Shown piece after piece: positions 47,100-55,505 of a DNA stretch of 64,000 bases (position 1 is its first letter; each line of letters starts with the position of its first letter). Source of the DNA: Pirellulales bacterium. GTDB lineage: Bacteria > Planctomycetota > Planctomycetia > Pirellulales > Pirellulaceae. Position numbers and translations under genes: made by a program. The notes beneath the pieces were generated by a model, which was not told the DNA's origin, did not search any database, and saw only the letters and a list, made by a program, of their open reading frames with translations. The stretch covers positions 6,224-70,223 of the forward strand of contig JAKUOW010000003.1 of NCBI GenBank assembly GCA_022451045.1. Direction: 5' to 3'.

Positions 47100-47549
47100 T
47101 TAGCCATCCATGCGGACGCCGATTGACAACAGCAAATTAGCAAATCGTTGTTGGTCTGCTGTTTGGATGGTTAACACATGGTCTGGCGTATCTACTGCTT
47201 TATAGAAGTCCCATTTTTCAATGGGTTCCAGTTCCACTCCAATATTTGAATTAGCGAATACATCACGATATTCATTCCAAACAGGTGGATCACCATCCAG
47301 AGCATACGGTCCTGTTGTTTCATAATTCATCGTGTTTGCTGCTTCGATTGGAATAGCCGTCACGAGTGCTTGTAACACCTGTGTGCATGTCACTAGCCCC
47401 GGCGAGAGGTTGAGACTGACCAATTCAGCATTCGGTCCTAGCGTTGAGGAACATGGGTAATTGCCATCGGCGATAAGAATCTTACCGTGATGCCCGGCGC
47501 GTCCCAGTACTTCGTTGATTTTCGGATGGATTAGTTGGTGCTTTAACAT
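47100..47549 (-). CDS. fucU: RbsD/FucU-family sugar mutarotase (L-fucose mutarotase-like)
   Basis: 149 aa, starting MLKHQLIHPKINEVLGRAGHHGKILIADGNYP, which matches the FucU/RbsD N-terminus. Confidence 0.65.
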   Translation of the reverse strand: MLKHQLIHPKINEVLGRAGHHGKILIADGNYPCSSTLGPNAELVSLNLSPGLVTCTQVLQALVTAIPIEAANTMNYETTGPYALDGDPPVWNEYRDVFANSNIGVELEPIEKWDFYKAVDTPDHVLTIQTADQQRFANLLLSIGVRMDG

Positions 47550-47582
47550 GCTTTAATTCCTATCTCCCGTAACAGGTAACAA

Positions 47583-48884
47583 CTACATCCCGGACTGTAG
47601 AGCATCAAGATGACGTGCAAAGTGATCCTCTAATACATCCGCATATGTATCGGGATGTTGAACTAATATGTCACGTACAAGCGGTCCCAGTTTCTCATCA
47701 GTAAGAACAGATCCAAATGTGCAGTGAAGAATCTGTCGTCCTGCAAAGGTAAAGCCTTTGCCTTGCGGTACTTCATCCCAAAGTTCCAGATATTGCCTCT
47801 CAAGCTCGACGATATCAGAATCTTCCTGAACCGGAGGTGCAGTATCTTACGTTGCATGTACGTGGTACGTCGCGTTGTCGGTTAAATACCGACCACGTGC
47901 AAAATCAACGATCTCCCGAAATAGAGATTCATCATGACGTGCGACGACGCGTAGAGCTTCAAGGTAGCTCGTCCCAGCCGTTTTGACATGGAATAGTCCA
48001 CCGGTTGCTTTGGCCAGCAGGCCGTACATGGAAATCTTATCACTACCAGAGTGCAAGCTTAGCTTGTAAGGGCCCAGTTCTTTTGCCAACGCTGCATGGT
48101 CATGTAGCGAGATATCTAATGCATCCAGATCACCGATGAAATCCACTCCTTTTTCGAAGTGACCAATGAATCGAGGTGCAAGGCTAACAAGTTTCATACC
48201 GTTACTTAAGCAACGATCCGCGATGATATAGTGTTCTGCAAGAGTAGTAGGTTGCTCTGTTTCATCTACACTCAACTCGATTTCATAGTCACGACCGAGA
48301 CCTTCGTGTACCTCGTCGATGTAGTTGCAAAGTGAAAGTGCTTCGTTAAGTGCGATACCGTATTTCACGGCTGCTCGCAGGCAGGCTTCTTCATCCAATT
48401 GAAACGAAGTGCCTGTACTTAGTGTTACTGATTTCCCGCGGTAGCTATCGATCCAGCTAACCTGGTCACGAATGTCAGCAAACTTTGATTCCAATGTGGC
48501 CTGATCATATGTGTCGGAATGTTCATCAACGTGATCAGAAGGATCAATAGTAAAAAAGGTAAATCCGACGGCGGCAGTTACATCTACGTCCTCTGGAGTC
48601 TTTAGATGATCTGCATCAGCACCTGTGACATCAGTCCATCCCGATGCAACCATGTCGCGCAAGGCATCTTCCATTACTCCTGTCGGCGTGCGTTGTGTGC
48701 GTGTCATTTCCCGAATGGACTGCTGCGGGTAAATGGCCTTTATCCCGGCACCGGATCGTTTCATGGAGGCAACGTGACCTGGAGTTGCTAATCCGGTGCG
48801 ATCTCCGAATCCGAAACTCGGCTCCAGCCCTAGTGTGACGGGTTTTGGAAGTTGTTCTAGGTTGTTGTTCATCAAGTGATCCAA
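47583..48884 (-). pseudogene. UxaE-like (tagaturonate/fructuronate epimerase family, tentative) gene interrupted by an in-frame TAA at 47847-47849
   Basis: A 345-aa ORF (47847-48884, with an SFGFGDRTGLATPGH motif) is followed in the same frame by 87 further sense codons (47586-47846), reading ...RQILHCTFGSVLTDEKLGPLVRDILVQHPDTYADVLEDHFARHLDALQSGM. These end at TAG 47583-47585, 33 nt before fucU. Confidence 0.6.
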
Positions 48885-48924
48885 ACTCTGTTAATGGGTG
48901 TGTTGTGTGTAAGTCGGTCTGCTA

Positions 48925-49740
48925 CTAGCCGAAGTACTTATTGAATGAGTCGATCGTCTGTTTTGCAGCAGCATCCGGATCTGGATATGCAAATGCTTCA
49001 GCGCTGATGAAACGATCGTATTGGATGCTTCGAAGCGCATCGACGATTGGTTCGTATGACATGTGTCCGAGTCCGGCAGGCCGGCGGTTGGAGTCAACAA
49101 AGTGTACGTGGCCGATTGCTGAACCAGCATCACGAATCGCCTGCGAGATACATGTTTCCTCGATGTTCATGTGGAAGAGATCCGCTAGCAGGACGCAATT
49201 GTGGCCATCATTTAACGAACTAAGGAATTCGACTCCGTCAGCCATCGTGTTACACAAATTTGTTTCGTAGCGATTGAGCGGCTCATAAATAAGTGAAGCG
49301 CCATACTGAGAAGCGTGTGGACCAAGCTCATTGATCGCTTCCCCTAACAATGCCAAAGCATCTGCCTTGGGTAAGTCCGCATTCCATCGGCCCTGCATCG
49401 AACCGATAATTGCAGAAGCACCAAATTGCCCAGCCAAATCAATAATGCTTCGAACAAAGTCCTTTGCTCGTTGCCGTTCGGTGGCATCTGTGGATGTTAA
49501 GGACAATCCATGTTTGACCATGCCTGCACCCGTACCAACAGCCGCTAATTCCAGACCGTGGTCAGACAGTAATGATTGAAGCAAGTCGGTGTCGACGGCT
49601 TCAACGCCCGGTGGAAATACTTCTACTGCATCAAAGCCTAATGCCTTGGCTTTCTCGCAGCCATCGCGTAGACCGTTCCAGAATATAAAGGGGCCACCTC
49701 GTGCTTCTTCCACGAGACTAATAGTTACACATGATTTCAT
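48925..49740 (-). CDS. sugar phosphate isomerase/epimerase (xylose-isomerase-like TIM barrel)
   Basis: 271 aa with the AP_endonuc_2-type pattern (FDAVEV..., YEPLNRYETN, HVHFVDSNR). Confidence 0.7.
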   Translation of the reverse strand: MKSCVTISLVEEARGGPFIFWNGLRDGCEKAKALGFDAVEVFPPGVEAVDTDLLQSLLSDHGLELAAVGTGAGMVKHGLSLTSTDATERQRAKDFVRSIIDLAGQFGASAIIGSMQGRWNADLPKADALALLGEAINELGPHASQYGASLIYEPLNRYETNLCNTMADGVEFLSSLNDGHNCVLLADLFHMNIEETCISQAIRDAGSAIGHVHFVDSNRRPAGLGHMSYEPIVDALRSIQYDRFISAEAFAYPDPDAAAKQTIDSFNKYFG

Positions 49741-49782
49741 TGGTGATTTTCCAGAGAGAGAGTTTCGACCGAAGTTGTTAGT

Positions 49783-50811
49783 TTATTGAACTTCGACAAT
49801 TGCCTTTAGGACACCAGTTTCGGGCTTGGTGTATGAGTCAAAAACACTGGGTAGCTCATTAAAGGATGTGCGATGTGTGATCCATGGATTGGTATCGATT
49901 TGACCGTCTTCGATGAGCTGAATGATGCGGCCAAAGTCTTTCGGTAGGGCATTTCTTGATGACAGCAAGTTCATTTCTTTAGCGTGGAGTAACTTGTGGG
50001 GAAATGAAACTTCACCCATCGTAATTCCAACGTAAACAAGTGTGCCGGTGTGTGCCACGTAATTCAGTGCATTCGACATCGATTGAGCATTGCCAGTTGC
50101 ATCGATAACGATCGTTGGAAGATTACCGTTAGTGAGTTCCTCTAGGGCACTAAGTTCACTGCCATCACCTTTGAAGTGCACCGTGTGATTAACACCCATC
50201 GTGTTCTTGGCGAAATCAAGTCGCTGCTCGTTAATATCCATCATGATAGACGTAGCAGATGTGAGTTTAACGAACTCGAGTACACTGAGCCCAATGGGGC
50301 CGGCACCAATGATCAAAACATGGTCTTCGCCAGTTGGATTGCATCGATCAACCGCATGACAGCCGATCGCCAATGTCTCGACCAATGCAAGTTGTTCCAT
50401 CGCCAAGCCACCAGAGGAGGCGTGGAGTTTTCTTGCTGGAACAATAAACCGGTCTCTCATACCACCATCTGTATGGACTCCAAGCACTTGCAGGTTATCG
50501 CAACAATTGCCCCGATCTCGCTGGCTGGCAAAGCTGCCTACGTCATTGATGTAAGGTTCTACACTACAGTGATCGCCGGCCTTGATATTTTCGACACCAT
50601 CTCCGACTTCTAGTACTTCTACCCCCAATTCATGTCCGGGTATGCGTGGATAACTATAAAATGGGAATTTCCCAAGGTATCCACTCAGATCGGTACCGCA
50701 GATTCCAACGCGGTGTACAGCTACAAGTGCTTCACCAGCACCAGGTGCAGCAGCTTCTTCGATTTCTACTTGTTCAAAGTGTTTGGGTTCTTGTAAGACG
50801 ATTGCCTTCAT
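49783..50811 (-). CDS. Zn-dependent medium-chain alcohol/polyol dehydrogenase
   Basis: It carries GICGTDL, GHELGVEV and the Rossmann motif LIIGAGPIGL. The ATG is at 50811; the ORF opens at GTG 50835. Confidence 0.8.
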   Translation of the reverse strand: MKAIVLQEPKHFEQVEIEEAAAPGAGEALVAVHRVGICGTDLSGYLGKFPFYSYPRIPGHELGVEVLEVGDGVENIKAGDHCSVEPYINDVGSFASQRDRGNCCDNLQVLGVHTDGGMRDRFIVPARKLHASSGGLAMEQLALVETLAIGCHAVDRCNPTGEDHVLIIGAGPIGLSVLEFVKLTSATSIMMDINEQRLDFAKNTMGVNHTVHFKGDGSELSALEELTNGNLPTIVIDATGNAQSMSNALNYVAHTGTLVYVGITMGEVSFPHKLLHAKEMNLLSSRNALPKDFGRIIQLIEDGQIDTNPWITHRTSFNELPSVFDSYTKPETGVLKAIVEVQ

Positions 50812-51335
50812 GGAGCAATGGATCCTTTTGGTCACATCGATTTAGACGGGCTCTGGCCACGATCAGCCATAACAGCACAGCGAACCCTCATTATGACGCT
50901 GCATCAGCAACCGGAAAAGGTAGTACAAACGAACTATGAATTGATTATCCGACTTCGTTTTGCATTAAGTCCCTGAATCAACTTAGTACGTCTTGAGATT
51001 AGCTGGCCCCATGGTGGAAGCACGGTAGTGGATTCTTCGACCAGATCATCTGTCGATGGGATATCGATACCACATTGAATAACCGCATCTCTGGTCGCTG
51101 AAATGATAGCAGCAGCGATTCAATTAAGTCCGCTGGAATTGTGTAGCAGTCTGCTGCTTCTATATATAGAAGTGAATAAATAGAGGTGACAGTTTCTCGT
51201 TCTTCGTGCGTATCGATCCAATCAACTGGTACTTCGATTTTTGGTGAATTTGAAGCAGCTAAAGACTAAATGTGATTATTGATAACCTGAGTAACACCGC
51301 CACTCTCAAGATGGTAATGGATGACTAGTCTCAAG

Positions 51336-52139
51336 TCATTGCTCCCGCGCCGTAGGTGAATGTCTTGCTAATCCTCTGCCGGAGTCGATGTTAATAACTT
51401 GGCCGGTCGTCATCTTGTTTCTTAGGAAGAACTCAACTGTTTCCGCAAATGCCATCGGATCATCTACATGCTTAAGAAGGGTCTCTTGCTGAATGCGGTC
51501 GCGTGTTTTCTGGTCGAAGCGGTCTGGAAATAGAACTGGACCCGGATTGATGCAATTGACTCGGATTTTTGGGTTGAGAGATGCTAGGTCAACGGCAAGA
51601 GATCTGGTTGCAGCTACGACAGCACCTTTGGCAGCGAAGTAGCCCACATGATCTTCGTAAGGCTGCTCAACGGCCCAATCCCCAACAGTGATTATGCTGC
51701 CGCCACTAGGTTGTTCGGACATCATTAAACCAATGATCTGGCAGCAATGTATAGTGCCGATCGCATTTACTTGAATCTGTTGTGAAATACCATCGGAGAT
51801 CTTATTGATTGGTGTTGGTTCCCAAATTGACGCCGTTGTTACAAGACCATCGATTGACCCCATTTCGCTTTTGACTGCCGTGCCAAGTTGTTCTATTTCA
51901 CTTTGGCTGGTGATGTCAGCTTGAAATGATCTGGCGGTAATTCCAGATGCGATTAGCTCGACTAGAGACTGCTGTGCTTCTTGCTGCGATTTGTTGAAGT
52001 GCAGTGCAATGGAATAACCACATTCGCCAAGATATTTCGCAGTTTCGAAACCTAGACGCCGTTTTCCAGCTCCGGTGATCAATACCACACCTTTCGAGGA
52101 GGTTTTACAGGTTTTGGTGTTTGAATTTGACTGATTCAT
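51336..52139 (-). CDS. SDR family oxidoreductase (pteridine-reductase/FolM-like, tentative)
   Basis: It carries VVLITGAGKRRLG and YFAAK (YxxxK). Confidence 0.7.
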   Translation of the reverse strand: MNQSNSNTKTCKTSSKGVVLITGAGKRRLGFETAKYLGECGYSIALHFNKSQQEAQQSLVELIASGITARSFQADITSQSEIEQLGTAVKSEMGSIDGLVTTASIWEPTPINKISDGISQQIQVNAIGTIHCCQIIGLMMSEQPSGGSIITVGDWAVEQPYEDHVGYFAAKGAVVAATRSLAVDLASLNPKIRVNCINPGPVLFPDRFDQKTRDRIQQETLLKHVDDPMAFAETVEFFLRNKMTTGQVINIDSGRGLARHSPTAREQ

Positions 52140-52369
52140 TTAGCGATTTAATGTAAATACCAGTGGTAATCTGGTAGAGTTTCTTGATGAATGCGTAATT
52201 CCGCTATTGAAGATTGCCCATTTTGTCGAAAAAAGCTCGAAACTTGCCCATATTCTAAGGGGTTTATATTTGATGAATGGCCAATCACACCGTAGGTTAG
52301 TGTTTGTGTCATTTTAATTAGATAGAGTTTAGTGCGTACCGCACATTACATTGATTCAGGGATAAACCA

Positions 52370-53179
52370 ATGAAACGAAACAGCATCTTAATCTTGGCGA
52401 CGGCAGTTCTGTCGCTTTCAGTCGTTGCAGCTGATGTTGTAGCGCAACCACAAGGTCAGCGCCCGCAAGGTCAGCGTCCAGGTGGCCAAGGTGGATTCGG
52501 CCAACGAGGCAGTAATCCTATTCAGCTTCTTCGAGTTGCCGAAGTTCGGGAAGAAGTAGAACTTCTTGATGAGCAGTACGAAGAATTGCAAACAAAAGCT
52601 CGCAAAATTCAGGAAGAAGCTCGCGGTACAGGCGAACGACCTAACTTCCGTGAATTGTCCGAAGAAGAGCGAAACAAGCTAATTGCAGAGTTCCGCAAGA
52701 GGTCTGAGGAGACCAATAAAAAGATTGCTAAGCTAGTGGAAGATGTGCTTCTCCCGCATCAAAAAGAGCGATTAGATCAGATCGCACTTCAGATGCAGGG
52801 AACAGCTGCTCTGTTTACCCCGAAGGTGCGTGAAGCGCTGAAAATCACTGCTGAAACCGGTGAAAAGATGCAAAACGTGTCACGTGAAGTAATGGAAGGT
52901 GTTCGCGATAAAGCACGTGAAGCTTTCCAGAGCGGAAATCGTGATGGCATCCGAGAGTTGTTTGAAAACGCTCAAAAAGAAGTGAATGAGAAGGTTTTGG
53001 GTCTCCTGAGCGATTCTCAGAAGAAGAAATTTGAGGAAATGAAGGGTAAGCCATTCAAGCTACCTGAAGGCGCACTTCGACGTCCTGGTGGTGGTCAAGG
53101 TGGGCAACGACCTGGTGGTCAGGGTGGCCAACGCCCAGGTGGTCAAGGCGGAGAACGTCCAGCACGTCCTGCAACATAA
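52370..53179 (+). CDS. secreted Spy/CpxP-like (LTXXQ-motif) protein flanked by G/Q/R/P repeats (tentative)
   Basis: It has the signal peptide MKRNSILILATAVLSLSVVAADV and helical K/E-rich repeats with LLDEQYEEL, LLPHQKERL and LSDSQKKKF. QRPGGQGG repeats occur at both termini. Confidence 0.5.
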   Translation: MKRNSILILATAVLSLSVVAADVVAQPQGQRPQGQRPGGQGGFGQRGSNPIQLLRVAEVREEVELLDEQYEELQTKARKIQEEARGTGERPNFRELSEEERNKLIAEFRKRSEETNKKIAKLVEDVLLPHQKERLDQIALQMQGTAALFTPKVREALKITAETGEKMQNVSREVMEGVRDKAREAFQSGNRDGIRELFENAQKEVNEKVLGLLSDSQKKKFEEMKGKPFKLPEGALRRPGGGQGGQRPGGQGGQRPGGQGGERPARPAT

Positions 53180-53250
53180 TGCCCCATTTGTCATCCGATG
53201 ACAAAGCGATTCACTGATTCATGCAATAATCTGCATGCGACAATTGCTGC

Positions 53251-53286
53251 AAGCCTCTTGGTTAATCCAGCCAAGAGGCTTTTTTC
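53251..53286 (+). terminator. rho-independent terminator
   Basis: A perfect 11-bp stem AAGCCTCTTGG / CCAAGAGGCTT has a 9-nt loop and is followed by TTTTT. It lies 72 nt after the stop at 53179. Confidence 0.8.
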
Positions 53287-53307
53287 ATGCGCGATTAACC
53301 CCCGCTC

Positions 53308-53326
53308 AATCATGGACACCTACTTT
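53308..53326 (-). promoter_or_regulatory. half-site variant of the palindrome family (minus-strand reading AAAGTAGGTGTCCATGATT)
   Basis: It is near-identical to 53551-53569 (AAAGTGGGTGTCTATGATT) and 12828-12848. Confidence 0.4.
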
Positions 53327-53406
53327 GTACTCGAATTTGTCAACTTTATAGTAGTTCTTAAAGGGGGGTATTATATACCACCTTTAATAGTGCCAAAAAA
53401 GCATAT

Positions 53407-53425
53407 AAATGCCAATTTGGCATTT
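53407..53425. repeat. perfect 19-bp palindrome AAATGCCAA-T-TTGGCATTT
   Basis: I read it directly from the sequence. It lies in the 510-nt intergenic region upstream of hsp20. Confidence 0.6.
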
Positions 53426-53550
53426 TAAGTCGATGGCAAGTTTGAATCTAATAGAGGCTTAGACTTCTTTCGAGAATTATCTAAGGCAGGCATAAAGTGA
53501 GTTCTCTGGATCAAAAATGACTGAAAACAAGCTGTTTTTGGTCAAAATAA

Positions 53551-53608
53551 AAAGTGGGTGTCTATGATTAAGCACGCTTGATGGCGGGGAGAACATGGAC
53601 TGTCTATG
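53551..53608. promoter_or_regulatory. palindrome-family copies upstream of hsp20 (half-site variant 53551-53569; full palindrome CATGGACTGTCTATG 53594-53608)
   Basis: This is the same motif family as at 4457-4493 and 12864-12911. Confidence 0.5.
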
Positions 53609-53612
53609 AATT

Positions 53613-53628
53613 TGGCATGACGATTGCA
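53613..53628 (+). promoter_or_regulatory. sigma-54-type -24/-12 promoter candidate TGGCATGACGATTGCA
   Basis: It matches TGGCAC-N5-TTGCW, with GG at 53614-53615 and GC at 53626-53627. It lies 63 nt upstream of the hsp20 ATG and starts 4 nt after the palindrome. Confidence 0.55.
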
Positions 53629-53690
53629 TTTTGGTTGGTCAGAACTTGAGCGTGAGCCAAGTTGGCAATTTGAAATGAGAGGAGAATGTC

Positions 53691-54131
53691 ATGTTGATTA
53701 AATGGAACGATCCCTGGACAGCACTGCAAAGCGAAATGCACTCGTTGCGTGATGAAATGCAACAGGTCTTTGGTGGGCTTTTGTCATCGAGTGGTAGTCG
53801 AAGGCATGCCGATGACATTTCTGCTGTGCGAATTCTCGAAGACCAAACTGGCTACATCATAGAAATGGCTATGCCTGGTATCGCCAAAGATGCAATTGAT
53901 TTGGAAGTGGACACTGATAACCAACTCATCATAAAAGCACATCGAAAACGAGAGTCAGAAGATGTGATTCTTCACCGACACGAACGCGCATTTGGAGATA
54001 TTTGTCACGGTTTTGACTTGCCAAATGACGTAGATCGAGAGCAGATCGATGCTGAACTTCGAGATGGATTACTGCATGTATCCGTTTCAAAAAGGCCAGA
54101 ACTACAACACCGATCTATCGAAGTGAACTAG
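53691..54131 (+). CDS. Hsp20/alpha-crystallin small heat-shock protein
   Basis: 146 aa with the alpha-crystallin domain pattern (YIIEMAMPGIAKDAIDLEVDTDNQLIIKA...GLLHVSV). GGAG precedes the ATG. Confidence 0.9.
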   Translation: MLIKWNDPWTALQSEMHSLRDEMQQVFGGLLSSSGSRRHADDISAVRILEDQTGYIIEMAMPGIAKDAIDLEVDTDNQLIIKAHRKRESEDVILHRHERAFGDICHGFDLPNDVDREQIDAELRDGLLHVSVSKRPELQHRSIEVN

Positions 54132-54198
54132 GTCTATCCAATAGGTGATCTCACATCGTCTAACGATGATCTCATAACCAATCGAGGAGTAATAAGTC

Positions 54199-54576
54199 AT
54201 GACGAAATCCAAAGAAACAACCACCAAAACGCAACCATCGGATCGCGCGAATTATGTGTCGCCACGCGTGGATATCCTTGAGTTGTATACCGAATTCCAT
54301 CTCTTTGCAGATATGCCCGGCGTGCAAAAGCACACGGTGGAATTGACATGTGCCAATGGTGAATTGAGTATCAGTGCTCCGGTTGCTTTCATTCATAACT
54401 CAAAACGGGTTGTCCTCGGGAATTCATTGCCAGAGGGTTATCGCCGTCTATTCACCGTTGACGATACAGTAGAAATTGAGAAGATTGCCGCAGAGATGAA
54501 CAATGGCGTATTGAAAGTCACACTTCCCAAGAAAGAGTCTGCACAGTCAAGACGCATTGCCATTAGTGTCAACTAG
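54199..54576 (+). CDS. Hsp20-family small heat-shock protein (second copy)
   Basis: 125 aa with FHLFADMPGVQKHTVELTCANGELSISA...NGVLKVTLPK. Confidence 0.85.
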   Translation: MTKSKETTTKTQPSDRANYVSPRVDILELYTEFHLFADMPGVQKHTVELTCANGELSISAPVAFIHNSKRVVLGNSLPEGYRRLFTVDDTVEIEKIAAEMNNGVLKVTLPKKESAQSRRIAISVN

Positions 54577-54672
54577 CTTAGGATATCAACGAGGTAGTCC
54601 ATTAGCTGTTTTATTTGCACCGTGGATTAATCCAGCGCTAGAATAGGACGTGTACTCAAACAGGAGATTGAT

Positions 54673-55392
54673 ATGAGCAGTTTGGCATTAATGGGGTTCT
54701 TTTTTATAGATCCTGTGTATGTGGTCATGGTTCTCATTCCCGGGCTAGTAATTGCTGGCGGTGCGAGCCTGCTGGTGAAATCCAGATTCGCGAAGTATTC
54801 GCGTCGCATGACCAGATCTCGTATCACAGGTGCTCAAGCTGCTCAAATTGTCATGGAACGAGCCGGCATCACTGATGTGACCATTGAGCAAAGCCGAGGA
54901 TTTCTATCAGATCATTACGACCCGAGAACTAAAACTCTTCGGTTATCACATGAGAATTATGTTGGAAGTTCTGTGGCGGCGGTGAGCGTTGCAGCTCACG
55001 AAGCTGGTCATGCGTTACAGCATGCCAAGGGCTACGCACCACTTTCGCTTCGCAGTTCACTCGTGCCGTTGGCCGGATTTGGTTCCAACATCGGTTACTT
55101 CGTCATGTTGATTGGCTTAATCATGCAGGCAAGTGGCGTCGTACTAATTGGTGCCGGATTATTCTCGTTGGTTTTGTTGTTTCAAGTAGTAACACTTCCA
55201 GTGGAATTTGATGCATCGAGCCGAGCCAAGGTGGAATTGGAAAACGCTGGAATCATCGCTCTAGAGGAACGTGAAGGTGTCTCTAAAGTTCTAAACGCTG
55301 CTGCACTGACATATGTCGCGGCTGTCGTGAATACCTTGCTACTGCTTCTCTATTTTCTGATGCGTTCCGGCCTTCTGAATTCGGATGACTAG
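54673..55392 (+). CDS. YugP-type membrane zinc metallopeptidase (Zn_peptidase_2)
   Basis: It carries HEAGHALQH, DHYDPRTKTLRLS, VTLPVEFDASSRA and AAALTYVAA, which are colinear with the family. Confidence 0.85.
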   Translation: MSSLALMGFFFIDPVYVVMVLIPGLVIAGGASLLVKSRFAKYSRRMTRSRITGAQAAQIVMERAGITDVTIEQSRGFLSDHYDPRTKTLRLSHENYVGSSVAAVSVAAHEAGHALQHAKGYAPLSLRSSLVPLAGFGSNIGYFVMLIGLIMQASGVVLIGAGLFSLVLLFQVVTLPVEFDASSRAKVELENAGIIALEEREGVSKVLNAAALTYVAAVVNTLLLLLYFLMRSGLLNSDD

Positions 55393-55437
55393 TCGCGTAT
55401 AAAAAAACGCGCCATACTAGCAATCAGTATCATTACA

Positions 55438-55471
55438 CCTAAAACACAGACAGCAAAATCTGTGTTTTAGG
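55438..55471 (+). terminator. terminator-like hairpin
   Basis: A perfect 13-bp stem CCTAAAACACAGA / TCTGTGTTTTAGG has an 8-nt loop. The T-tract is weak. Confidence 0.5.
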
Positions 55472-55505
55472 CCTTTAAGACGACTACACTTTGTGGAAAT
55501 CAAAT

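Noticed and set aside
47847-47849. Programmed recoding (selenocysteine or pyrrolysine) at the in-frame stop of the UxaE-like gene
   Set aside because: The codon is TAA, not TGA or TAG, and no SECIS-like hairpin follows. A mutation or sequencing error is more parsimonious.
53198-53428. 76-aa plus-strand ORF downstream of the Spy-like gene
   Set aside because: It reads straight through a strong rho-independent terminator (53251-53286) and the 19-bp palindrome. It has no RBS and no recognisable family.
53569-53590. TTAAGCACGC... upstream of hsp20 as a CIRCE (HrcA) operator
   Set aside because: Only a partial resemblance to one TTAGCACTC arm is present, and no inverted partner lies at N9 spacing.
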